IMG/VR virus record: IMGVR_UViG_3300001533_003144
Coordinates: 55,996-119,995 of that record
Length of the DNA: 64,000 nt
DNA from: a virus
Strand: one strand, 5' to 3'
A program made the translations under genes and the position numbers. How positions within the stretch are numbered: the first letter of the stretch is position 1; each line of letters begins with the position of its first letter. The notes beneath the pieces are model-generated. The model did not search any database. It saw only the letters and a program-made list of their open reading frames with translations, and was not told where the DNA came from. This document shows, piece by piece, positions 47,122-55,445 of the stretch.

Positions 47122-47640
47122 ATGAGAGAGATAATCAAAAAGGCTCAGGAGCTTTATGACCTTATGGAAAAGAGGACAAGGGAAAATGGTGATGAGTTTT
47201 ACTGTTTCCCTAACCGTACAGAAGAGACTCGGAAGGTATCTGATGCGGCACATCACGAGGGGGTGTGGTTTGCTGATGATTTTATTTACTCTACTCTGAA
47301 TGAGTGTCTGTCTTTTATTTCAGATCTGGATCCAGAAGGAACTGTGGATGATTTTCACGATAAGGTTTATTCTGAGATTGAGTCTGATGTATATACTTAT
47401 GACCTTACTAAATGGCTTCACAGTGATGTACGGAGAGCATATTACTTGACAGAGGTACTGGAAGAAATGGAAGTCAAAGATGGGTTTAAGTTGTTACGGT
47501 TGGCTCAGTTAAAAGAGGTTCAGGAGATATACTGTGCTGTTTTTGAGGCAATAAGAGAACTTGTAGATTCCAAAGATTCTCTTTTGTCGGTAGTACAAAA
47601 GGATGATCATTGTAACCTCAGATGTTCCTGTGGTGCTTGA
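47122..47640 (+). CDS. Ocr-like acidic anti-restriction/DNA-mimic candidate
   Basis: Acidic helical protein with IESDVYTYDLTKW motif reminiscent of Ocr-like proteins; early position. Confidence 0.45.
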   Translation: MREIIKKAQELYDLMEKRTRENGDEFYCFPNRTEETRKVSDAAHHEGVWFADDFIYSTLNECLSFISDLDPEGTVDDFHDKVYSEIESDVYTYDLTKWLHSDVRRAYYLTEVLEEMEVKDGFKLLRLAQLKEVQEIYCAVFEAIRELVDSKDSLLSVVQKDDHCNLRCSCGA

Positions 47641-47683
47641 TAGGTAAAAGAGCTTGTACTGATTGTAATTAATGGGAGGTAAT

Positions 47684-48832
47684 ATGAGAACTATTGAACT
47701 TAAAGAGATTGGAAAGTCTTTAAAGCTGTTCCAGAATGCAGGGAAACTTGTTACGATACTGGGAAATGTGCTTGTGAAAAATCAGAAAGGTAAACTTACT
47801 TTTACGGTATCTACTTTAGAAGAGTTTTTTACCGGCAGTATGATAAGTGATTGTTCCAAAGCCTTTGAAGTGCTTGTTGAGACCTCTCAGCTTGTCAAGA
47901 TTATAGACTTCTTGGAAGAGGAAGTTTTTGAAGTCGGTCTTACACAAGATCATTTAATTTTCTCTTCGGGTGGTCTGGAATACAAGCTTCTTATGAATGG
48001 TTCTGACTTGATTGGAGATTTTCCTTCAGTAGGTGTAGGTGGTGTGTCTTTTAAGGATTTCCCTAAACCTGAGTATATTTCCTGTAGCAGGGTACTTCTC
48101 GATGAGATTGTTAAAAGGGTAGGGTTTTGTACTGCTGAAAAGAGTCGCAATGCTTCTTATTCTGGTATGTTGTTTACTCCTAATCTCGATGATCCTGAAA
48201 TATCCGATATAGTTGCTACGGATATATGGCGGCTTATTCAGGCCAAGACGGGGCTTTTTAAAGTTGAAACTCCCTTTGTTCTGCCTTTAACGGTAGCAAA
48301 AAACACTCTTAAAATTTTCAAAGTGTTCACAGGGTTTGAAGTGTTCTTTACAAAAAACGATGATGAGTTACCTATGTCTTTCATCAGGGTACACAACAGT
48401 TCTGGGACATACTATGCCCGACTGCTTAGGAACGAGTTTCCTCAGTATGCTCAGATATTGTCTCCTATTGACAAGTTTCCTACCGGTAAGGTGGATCGGG
48501 TTGAGCTTCTGCATATTATAGATAAGATGGCAAAGCTGGATAAAGATGCAATTGTCCCTGTAAGGTTTGAAGTTCCTCAAGATGGGGATACTTTTTTAAA
48601 GCTTTCGTCCAAAAGCATTACAGGTAAAGTAGATTGGAAAGGTCATGGAGGGTTTCTTGTGGGGGTTAATGCAAACCTTCTTGTAGATTATCTTAAAATT
48701 TCTAAACAGGTAGAGATTGATCTTGGTGTATCTCTCAGTGAGTCTTGTGGACCTACGGTTAAACCTGTGTTCATTAAAGAGAAAACCGGTACTCTGGAGA
48801 TATTTTACATTCAGATGCCTGTAAAACTTTAG
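47684..48832 (+). CDS. dnaN: DNA polymerase III beta sliding clamp homolog
   Basis: ILGNVLV, VATD.WRL, RLL..EFPQY, GVNANLLVDYL, C-terminal QMPVKL; ~380 aa. Confidence 0.85.
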   Translation: MRTIELKEIGKSLKLFQNAGKLVTILGNVLVKNQKGKLTFTVSTLEEFFTGSMISDCSKAFEVLVETSQLVKIIDFLEEEVFEVGLTQDHLIFSSGGLEYKLLMNGSDLIGDFPSVGVGGVSFKDFPKPEYISCSRVLLDEIVKRVGFCTAEKSRNASYSGMLFTPNLDDPEISDIVATDIWRLIQAKTGLFKVETPFVLPLTVAKNTLKIFKVFTGFEVFFTKNDDELPMSFIRVHNSSGTYYARLLRNEFPQYAQILSPIDKFPTGKVDRVELLHIIDKMAKLDKDAIVPVRFEVPQDGDTFLKLSSKSITGKVDWKGHGGFLVGVNANLLVDYLKISKQVEIDLGVSLSESCGPTVKPVFIKEKTGTLEIFYIQMPVKL

Positions 48833-48841
48833 GAGGTTGCT

Positions 48842-49372
48842 ATGTGGGTAGCTTTTGTTTTTGAGGATAAAAAATTAATTGAGGTTCCTATAAATAGAAT
48901 GGATTCTGTTAAAATGTCTTATTGTGGTGACTCAATTACCCCTGAAATAATGACAGGGTTTCTATCTGAAGCAAAAAAACACCGGTACATAGATATCTAC
49001 CCCGAATGTTCTTGTAAACACATTATAGGGAAAATGTCGTACTCAAACAAGCCCCTTTTAACTTCAGCCGGGCAGAGGCAGGTAGTTCGGATTGAAAAAG
49101 ACGGTCAGGTGTTTTGGAGTAGGTATGAAAATCTTTTTATCGGGATGTTTCCTACCGGGATTGTTTATGCTGATAAAAGGAAGTGCAAGGGAGGGGACTA
49201 TAAAAGAATAGCCCATCTTTCTTTTACAACTCTGGATATTACGGTTTACGATGAGGGTAACGATCTTATGCCTCTTGTTATGGAAGATGTGGAGGGGTAT
49301 CTTGAGAAAAGAGGTCAAGAAATTGAGATCTCTTCTTCCGGGCAGACTGTAACTCTTGGCAGGGAGGAATAA
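48842..49372 (+). CDS. Hypothetical protein
   Basis: AGGAGG RBS; GMFPTGIVYAD...GDYKRIA motif. Confidence 0.6.
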   Translation: MWVAFVFEDKKLIEVPINRMDSVKMSYCGDSITPEIMTGFLSEAKKHRYIDIYPECSCKHIIGKMSYSNKPLLTSAGQRQVVRIEKDGQVFWSRYENLFIGMFPTGIVYADKRKCKGGDYKRIAHLSFTTLDITVYDEGNDLMPLVMEDVEGYLEKRGQEIEISSSGQTVTLGREE

Positions 49373-49373
49373 A

Positions 49374-49856
49374 ATGAAAAAAAGACTTATTCAACAGGCT
49401 ATATACTGGACGAAAAGGTGGGAAGAAACAGGAAGTGTTCGGTATGAAGATCTATCTACTGCTTATTTAAGAATTATGATTATGTCTAATTGGTCTATGC
49501 CGGAGTACACGGTAAGTCCTGCTTACTCTTTTTGTTCTATGTCTTTTAATGGTGCTATTCGGTATAAGAATGAACCCGTACTTAGGATAGAGAATACAGG
49601 TCAAGGTGAAGCAGACCGTATTACTCCTATAGTGCCTGAAAACAGGGAACATCTTTTACTTTTCCTTTCAGATGTCTCTGATTGGGTAAAGGCTTACGGT
49701 GTGCTTGATCTCAGTCCGGAATCTGTGTGGGCAATGTGGTGTCTTTCTGGGGGAGCTATGGGGAAAACCGAGGCGGAGTTTTTTGAAGCTTATAAGAAAC
49801 AGTTTCCCGATTCCGTTTCCGGGGAAGGTCTTGAATTAATTAAAGGGAGGAAATAG
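49374..49856 (+). CDS. Hypothetical protein
   Basis: GGAGG RBS; IENTGQG motif. Confidence 0.6.
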   Translation: MKKRLIQQAIYWTKRWEETGSVRYEDLSTAYLRIMIMSNWSMPEYTVSPAYSFCSMSFNGAIRYKNEPVLRIENTGQGEADRITPIVPENREHLLLFLSDVSDWVKAYGVLDLSPESVWAMWCLSGGAMGKTEAEFFEAYKKQFPDSVSGEGLELIKGRK

Positions 49857-50383
49857 TGTTATATTCTGTACTATACTGGGAGTGTGTGAGTTCAGTTTAT
49901 TTTGTCAGTGAGACTTTGAATAAAGATATTTTACTGATCGAGGCTGATAATGTTCAGGAAGCTCGTAAAATTTTTTTAAAGAACGCTGAACTGTGGCTTA
50001 TGCAGGGTAAGAGGTTGCCTCGTAAATTTAATGGGGATCAGGGGTTGTTGAATGTCAGGTTACTGGATTTCAAAGAAAAAGAGATAGCGGTAACTTTTCA
50101 TAAGAAAGATGTCCTGAGATCTGGTGCGGTTAAAGAAAAGAACTCTCGGAAATGGGTATGTGACGGGTCTAATACCCAAAAACTGCTCAACTTAAAGTTG
50201 GGTGAAAGTTGTGTGTTGTTCCCTAAAAAAGGAAGCTATGTTACTTTAATGAGGACTCTTGGAGGAGATAAGCTAAGGTTAGGTGTAACTCCGGAACGGG
50301 ATTTTGCTTTTGCAAAGGCGTTGGTAGTGTATCCTACCGATGAAAAAATGGTTATAGGTGTTTGTGTTACGAGAACAAAATAG
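49856..50383 (+). CDS. Hypothetical protein
   Basis: GGAGG RBS, GTG start. Confidence 0.55.
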   Translation: MLYSVLYWECVSSVYFVSETLNKDILLIEADNVQEARKIFLKNAELWLMQGKRLPRKFNGDQGLLNVRLLDFKEKEIAVTFHKKDVLRSGAVKEKNSRKWVCDGSNTQKLLNLKLGESCVLFPKKGSYVTLMRTLGGDKLRLGVTPERDFAFAKALVVYPTDEKMVIGVCVTRTK

Positions 50384-50389
50384 AAGTTG

Positions 50390-50401
50390 TTCCGTATTAT
50401 A
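50390..50401 (+). promoter_or_regulatory. TTCCGTATTATA motif, copy 5
   Basis: Intergenic, upstream of GGAGG and ATG 50433. Confidence 0.65.
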
Positions 50402-50432
50402 TTAGTGTTCATTGTTAAGCTTGGAGGTTATT

Positions 50433-51026
50433 ATGAGAAAAGTTTACGAAGTTAATGTTGGGAACATCAGGAATATTTCCTGTGGTAGTTATAAGGAAGC
50501 TGTTAAAACTTTTGATGAGTATGTTCAGCAGAGTAAATCTGACAGTGGTAGGGCTTCCGGTGAGAATGTCTTTCTGTTTGTTGATGGTGAGATTGATAAG
50601 GAGTATTTTGGTACTCTTAGTGCTGAGGAAGACGATGAAGGCATGATACAGCCTCCTCATCCTTCTTTTGATACTTGTGTTGAAGATGAGACAGAAGAAC
50701 CTAAAAAAGATATAGGTACTTTGACTGTTGAGTTTTTTGGGCTTGATAAGGATCCTGATGAGGTGTATCGGACAATAAAGGCTTTGGATAAAAGATTGCA
50801 TTACTACAGTGAACATTATTGTAACGGTGTGATTGATTCCGAAGCGTTTGATCGTGTCTCCAAACGGATCCGGGGTAGCCTTACCAAACTTCTCGGTGAA
50901 GAGGTTATGAAAAAGATACACCTGAACTCGGATCCTCGTGGAGCGGCAATTAAGATAAAGACAGAGTTTTCAGATAGCTGGAAGGGTCCTAAAGACTGGG
51001 GTGGTTACGGTTACTTTATAAAATAG
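50433..51026 (+). CDS. Two-domain hypothetical protein
   Basis: YEVNVGNI...SGRASGENV N-domain; CNG...NSDPRG...DWGGYG C-domain. Confidence 0.65.
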   Translation: MRKVYEVNVGNIRNISCGSYKEAVKTFDEYVQQSKSDSGRASGENVFLFVDGEIDKEYFGTLSAEEDDEGMIQPPHPSFDTCVEDETEEPKKDIGTLTVEFFGLDKDPDEVYRTIKALDKRLHYYSEHYCNGVIDSEAFDRVSKRIRGSLTKLLGEEVMKKIHLNSDPRGAAIKIKTEFSDSWKGPKDWGGYGYFIK

Positions 51027-51037
51027 CAGGGTTTATT

Positions 51038-52129
51038 ATGAAAAAAGATATAGACAGAATAATTGAAAAAGCTTTTCCTTCCGGGATAGGTAAAAAAGCC
51101 CGTACTCGTTTGGAAAAGGCTTTAGAAGATGTTTTAGGTGATCGTGAGGAAGATCTTAAACAAAAAGAACTTATGTTGAGGGATAGAGAACTCCGGCTGA
51201 AACAGTCGGAGTTGTTGTTTATGCTTTACCGTGATGGCTGTAAGAAAAAGTCGGAACACTTTGCAAGGGTTTTTGCAAGGTTTATTGAGCAGAATGATCA
51301 GTTAATTTCTTCTGCTAAGTCTATGTTAAACCATCCGGAACTGAATGATAAAGGTAAGACAACATCTTTAATAGAGCTTGCTACAGCTTCCAAGGAAGAG
51401 AAAGAAAGACTTACTCCTATTCCTGATGATTTTAATCCTCCGATTCCGGAACACATAAAGGAAAGGGCTAAAGGTTTCCGGGAAAAAGAGCCGGAGAAGA
51501 AGCTTGTAGAAGATGGCGTTATTATGCTTAGTCGGGCTGGTTTAAAGCCCGTTGATCTTGGAGATCTCGGTTCAGAGTCCTACAGTGTAGCGATGGAAAA
51601 GGGTCCATTTTTTTATGATTGCCCTAAAGCCGAAGAAATCAAGCCTGTAAAAAGAGATTTCAGTCTGAAAGGTAGTTTGAGTTCTACAATGTGTCCTAAG
51701 TTTCCTGCTATAGCTATTGGTTCCAGTGGATGCGATGCTTGCGCATACTTTTCCGGGACGCATTTTAGAGATAAAGAAGAAGACCGGGCTTATGTAAATT
51801 GTAACTGGGACGATAAGGATCAATTGGATAAAGAGGCAGAAGAGAAAAAAGGTTGTCAAGTGTATTTAGCGGATTATGGCTTGAGGATTTGGTTTGATCA
51901 CCTAAACAGGTCTTTCCACTGTGTTGAAATAACTCTTACTCTGGTGGATGAGGAAGGGTTTTGCGGTTATCTTGAGAAGGAGTGGAGCATATTGTCCTAT
52001 GCAAACCTTAACGATATGGGTTATCTTACAGGGGAGTTTACTGGGGATTTGACCTATGAAGAGAAAAAGGAATTTATTGAATTAATTGAAAAGGCCTATA
52101 AAAAGTTTAGATTAAAAAGGGGAATTTAG
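51038..52129 (+). CDS. Hypothetical multi-domain protein
   Basis: 363 aa; coiled coil plus CP...IGS..C..C. Confidence 0.55.
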   Translation: MKKDIDRIIEKAFPSGIGKKARTRLEKALEDVLGDREEDLKQKELMLRDRELRLKQSELLFMLYRDGCKKKSEHFARVFARFIEQNDQLISSAKSMLNHPELNDKGKTTSLIELATASKEEKERLTPIPDDFNPPIPEHIKERAKGFREKEPEKKLVEDGVIMLSRAGLKPVDLGDLGSESYSVAMEKGPFFYDCPKAEEIKPVKRDFSLKGSLSSTMCPKFPAIAIGSSGCDACAYFSGTHFRDKEEDRAYVNCNWDDKDQLDKEAEEKKGCQVYLADYGLRIWFDHLNRSFHCVEITLTLVDEEGFCGYLEKEWSILSYANLNDMGYLTGEFTGDLTYEEKKEFIELIEKAYKKFRLKRGI

Positions 52130-52143
52130 GTTGGAGGGGGAAA

Positions 52144-52446
52144 ATGAAAAGAAAAGAATATTTAAAGTGGTATAAGGTTGAGGATAAGCCCTTGCCTCAT
52201 AATAGAAAGCCTGTACTAGTTAGATTGGATAAGGAAGAGAATCCCGTTCAGGTAGGTTATTTTGATGATAAGGGTCTAAGCTCTGTTGGGTTTTATTTTG
52301 CGTTTGATCTTCCAAAGATTATGCATTGGGCGGAGATCCCTAATTTGCCTGATCAGGAGGGGGCTGCTGATGGATTATATATTGTCTATGTTAATATCTG
52401 CTTCAATTTGTTGCATTTATTTACTTTTTTTGTAGGTGGGGATTAA
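52144..52446 (+). CDS. DUF551-like protein
   Basis: W.KVED..P...VLV...I.HWAEIP pattern. Confidence 0.55.
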   Translation: MKRKEYLKWYKVEDKPLPHNRKPVLVRLDKEENPVQVGYFDDKGLSSVGFYFAFDLPKIMHWAEIPNLPDQEGAADGLYIVYVNICFNLLHLFTFFVGGD

Positions 52447-52470
52447 TTAATATTTGATGGAGGTGTAGTT

Positions 52471-52947
52471 ATGAGACCTATAATTTTTATGGTTTTATTT
52501 TTGATTGTTGGTGAGTGTTTTGCTGCCGAAAAGTATCCCGAAAGTTTCCGGAAAGAGGTTATGTCGGGGTGTGTGTCTAATTTTTCCTCTGAAGTTTGTT
52601 CTTGTGTTCTAGACATGTCTGAAACAATAATGACGGTTACAGAATTGCGTTTGGTTGCTTCAGGGGATAGAAGTGTTTCCCCCTCTCTGAAAGCTGACTT
52701 TGTTGCTGTAGCTGATATTTGTGCTTCTATGGACACTAGCCGGAAGTACCCTAAGATTATTTCCGAGGCTTTTTATACTGTCTGTAAAACCGAGTATAAA
52801 CGGTCAGCCAAATACTGCCGTTGCGTTCTTGAGGCTGCTCAGAGGTATCTATATGTAGATGAGTGGGTGTCTATGTTTTATGATAATCCTAGTCGTAAGG
52901 TGCTGATTGTTAATTCCTATATTCTAAGTAAGTGTGAGGGGAAATGA
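52471..52947 (+). CDS. Secreted Cys-rich protein with internal duplication
   Basis: Signal peptide; two KYP...C...C.CVL repeats. Confidence 0.65.
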   Translation: MRPIIFMVLFLIVGECFAAEKYPESFRKEVMSGCVSNFSSEVCSCVLDMSETIMTVTELRLVASGDRSVSPSLKADFVAVADICASMDTSRKYPKIISEAFYTVCKTEYKRSAKYCRCVLEAAQRYLYVDEWVSMFYDNPSRKVLIVNSYILSKCEGK

Positions 52948-53288
52948 ACGAGAAAACTGAAACAAGTAAAGAAATAGAGGTAGATCCTATAGTGAGGCGG
53001 TTGATTGAACTTATTCATAAAAAAGCTTCCGGGGAAGTTTTTGGTTCTGTAGATAAGGACGATATACACAAGTTTAAACCGGCTGTCCGTAAGTCTCTTC
53101 TTATGCCAAATGAAGATCTCCTCCGGGAAAGGTCAAAGGTGCTGATGAAACGGAGTAATTTGTCTCGGAGTGAACGGGACTATTGTTTAAAGATCGGTAC
53201 AGAACTCTATTTTGAGTTGTGTAGGTTACAGGAAGTCTCTGATCAGAAGAAACGGGACATTGAACAGGAGGTTGGTGATGAGGTATAG
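52944..53288 (+). CDS. Hypothetical protein
   Basis: ATGA-coupled; GAGG RBS. Confidence 0.55.
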   Translation: MNEKTETSKEIEVDPIVRRLIELIHKKASGEVFGSVDKDDIHKFKPAVRKSLLMPNEDLLRERSKVLMKRSNLSRSERDYCLKIGTELYFELCRLQEVSDQKKRDIEQEVGDEV

Positions 53289-53463
53289 GATTACACGATA
53301 TGCGGCCTTTCGGAAGGTTGTGCGGGTAGAAGCCGCAGATGAAAACGCTGCTCTTGAAAAGGCAGATGAAGTCAATGCTGAATGGGTGTTTATGTATGAA
53401 AAAGATGAAGTTGAGGTAGAAAATGATGGAGATGGTAAAAATAAGACCGAGACAGGTGGGTAG
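53278..53463 (+). CDS. Small protein with VEA.DE..A..KA motif
   Basis: GGAGG RBS before ATG 53278. Confidence 0.55.
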   Translation: MRYRITRYAAFRKVVRVEAADENAALEKADEVNAEWVFMYEKDEVEVENDGDGKNKTETGG

Positions 53464-53620
53464 AACTCTTGAATTTTTAATGGTAAAATACCCTAAACAA
53501 ATCGGAGAGAGTGAGGGAGGTTACTTGAAAAGGCTTCAACAATACCGAAAGCTCTCCTTGGGTATTCCTGATAAAACAAAAAACCGGGTGTTGGTTATAA
53601 AAGCATCGAGGGCAGAATGA
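53423..53620 (+). CDS. Hypothetical protein
   Basis: GAGG RBS; packed ORF. Confidence 0.45.
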   Translation: MMEMVKIRPRQVGRTLEFLMVKYPKQIGESEGGYLKRLQQYRKLSLGIPDKTKNRVLVIKASRAE

Positions 53621-53916
53621 GTGAGAGAATGAAATTTATTTTATCGGTTACTATTGAAATCGTTGATAGTTTTGAAAATAACAGCACTATGGCAAGAATT
53701 TTCTATCCAAATGAAGGAAATAAAATTATGATCAAAAAAGGTTTAAACACTATAGAATTTTCTGAAGCAATACACCATGAAATAGGGCATTTGTTTGATT
53801 GGTATCTTTCTAAAGGGAAACAATCTTTAGAGGTTGGTATAAGAGAAAAAAATGCTGATATTATTGGTAATGCTCTGAGGTATAAAAATGCGGATAAGAA
53901 CCCAACAAAACAATAG
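53617..53916 (+). CDS. Small HExxH metallopeptidase-like protein
   Basis: HHEIGH...E..AD motif. Confidence 0.6.
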   Translation: MSERMKFILSVTIEIVDSFENNSTMARIFYPNEGNKIMIKKGLNTIEFSEAIHHEIGHLFDWYLSKGKQSLEVGIREKNADIIGNALRYKNADKNPTKQ

Positions 53917-53991
53917 TGAGTACAATTTGAAAGATATGATTCAGGTTTGGTTTATAAATAAAATAACATTAGAGGAAAGAGTGGGGTTAGA

Positions 53992-54189
53992 ATGAATGAG
54001 AACCAGTGCAAGATTGAAAAAAAGCCTATTTGTTACGGAGATCCTGAATTACCTGACTGGGGATGTTCTTTTTATGTTGAAATGACAGGTTACTGTGCTT
54101 TAGGTAATTGTGAGTTTCTTAATGAGGATGGTTTCTGTACAAATGGGAAAGCAGTTAGTGAGGCTTACGACAAAGAAAAATCTGAATGA
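53992..54189 (+). CDS. Small Cys-rich protein
   Basis: Six Cys in 65 aa; GGGG RBS. Confidence 0.5.
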   Translation: MNENQCKIEKKPICYGDPELPDWGCSFYVEMTGYCALGNCEFLNEDGFCTNGKAVSEAYDKEKSE

Positions 54190-54197
54190 TGTTTTTT

Positions 54198-54280
54198 GGT
54201 AGGGGAGTAGGCCTTTTGGAAGGATCAAGAATGCCTCCTGATTCCCCAATAAAGCAGGGTTCGATTCCTTGCCCCCACCT
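54198..54280 (+). ncRNA. Non-canonical tRNA-like element
   Basis: T-arm CAGGG-TTCGATT-CCTTG; acceptor-like GGTAGGGG/CCCCCACC with one mismatch; atypical D and anticodon arms. Confidence 0.5.
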
Positions 54281-54298
54281 TCATTTAGGAGGTTGAAG

Positions 54299-54883
54299 TT
54301 GCTATTTTATCTAAACAAAGAACATATTAAAGTTATCCTTACCGTTAGATCTACGGAAGAAGAAGGTCTCAAGGGTGTTGTTTCCCGTTTAATTAAGGAT
54401 ATATCTAATCCTATATTACTTCCTCATTCTATCAGCAGTAGTCAAAATGTTATAGAGATAACCTTTCCTTATAAGGTAGCAATGTCTAACATAGCTTTAC
54501 AGGGGTTACAGTGTTTATTGATTCGTATAAAAGATAAGTATCGTCCAGAACTGTTTAGATTTTTATTTCCGGGTAAGGTGCAGTTATTTACTTTTAATCA
54601 GGAGCCGGGAATATCTCTGGATGAGGTTCTTCTGGTTTTTGACCTGTTCTTGAGTACAGAGCTTGCTGTAGGGTTTGTTGATTGCCTAAAAGCTTTTGTA
54701 TCTTGTCTGGTATCAACTCATTTTAAGGGCTTTCTACGGGGACATTCCTTAGATTTTACTTCTACAGAAAAAGTAAATAAATTGATGGTTACTGTTTCTG
54801 TGGTGTCTGAAGGGTTTGAGGGGTCTGAAGGGTTTGAGGAGGCTTTATTAGGGTTTCAGTCTGCTTTAATGGGTATAATTTGA
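54299..54883 (+). CDS. Hypothetical protein
   Basis: AGGAGG RBS before TTG 54299. Confidence 0.5.
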   Translation: MLFYLNKEHIKVILTVRSTEEEGLKGVVSRLIKDISNPILLPHSISSSQNVIEITFPYKVAMSNIALQGLQCLLIRIKDKYRPELFRFLFPGKVQLFTFNQEPGISLDEVLLVFDLFLSTELAVGFVDCLKAFVSCLVSTHFKGFLRGHSLDFTSTEKVNKLMVTVSVVSEGFEGSEGFEEALLGFQSALMGII

Positions 54884-54891
54884 GGTATATT

Positions 54892-55398
54892 ATGTTAAAG
54901 GCTTTATTTTTTGTATTGCTTGCTTTGTTTTTGTTGTTCCCTTCGGATCCTGTTTTGGGGGTGTTAGATTCTTTGGAGGGGGAGGGGGAGGTTTCTTTTG
55001 TTTTTAATTCTACTGAAACTGTTGAGGAGTTGTCCAGGAAAGATATAGAGGAACTGGTTATTTTAGTTGCTGGTATGTATAAAGTAGATCCTGCCTTAGT
55101 TCTCAAGATAGTTAAAGCTGAATCTAATTTTAATCCTGAAGCGGTTTCCCCGAAAGGGGCTATGGGTTTAATGCAGCTTATGCCTTTAACGGCAAGAGAA
55201 TGGGGTGTGGTAGATCCCTTTTGTCCAGAGGACAATGTTTCCGGGGGAGTCAGGTATTTTAGGCATCTTTACCTTCATTTAGGTTCTGTAGATTTGGCTT
55301 TAGCTGCCTATAATGGGGGTATAGGTAATGTAAAAAAGTATGGCGGAATACCTCCTTTTCCTGAGACGGTCACCTATGTTGAGGCTATCTTAAACTAA
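54892..55398 (+). CDS. Lytic transglycosylase (SLT family) with N-terminal signal/anchor
   Basis: AESNFNPEAVSPKGAMGLMQLMP, LALAAYNGG, GIPPFPET..YV. Confidence 0.95.
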   Translation: MLKALFFVLLALFLLFPSDPVLGVLDSLEGEGEVSFVFNSTETVEELSRKDIEELVILVAGMYKVDPALVLKIVKAESNFNPEAVSPKGAMGLMQLMPLTAREWGVVDPFCPEDNVSGGVRYFRHLYLHLGSVDLALAAYNGGIGNVKKYGGIPPFPETVTYVEAILN

Positions 55399-55401
55399 TC
55401 C

Positions 55402-55411
55402 TTATATAATA
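55402..55411 (+). promoter_or_regulatory. Putative late promoter TTATATAATA, copy 7
   Basis: Upstream of the isolated 1554-aa tail protein. Confidence 0.65.
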
Positions 55412-55445
55412 AAATAGCTTTTTCTTTTTTTAGTGGGGTTATGTT

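Noticed and set aside
54805-54840. 18-bp tandem duplication (SEGFEG/SEGFEE)
   Set aside because: Real but trivial in-frame slippage with no further structure.
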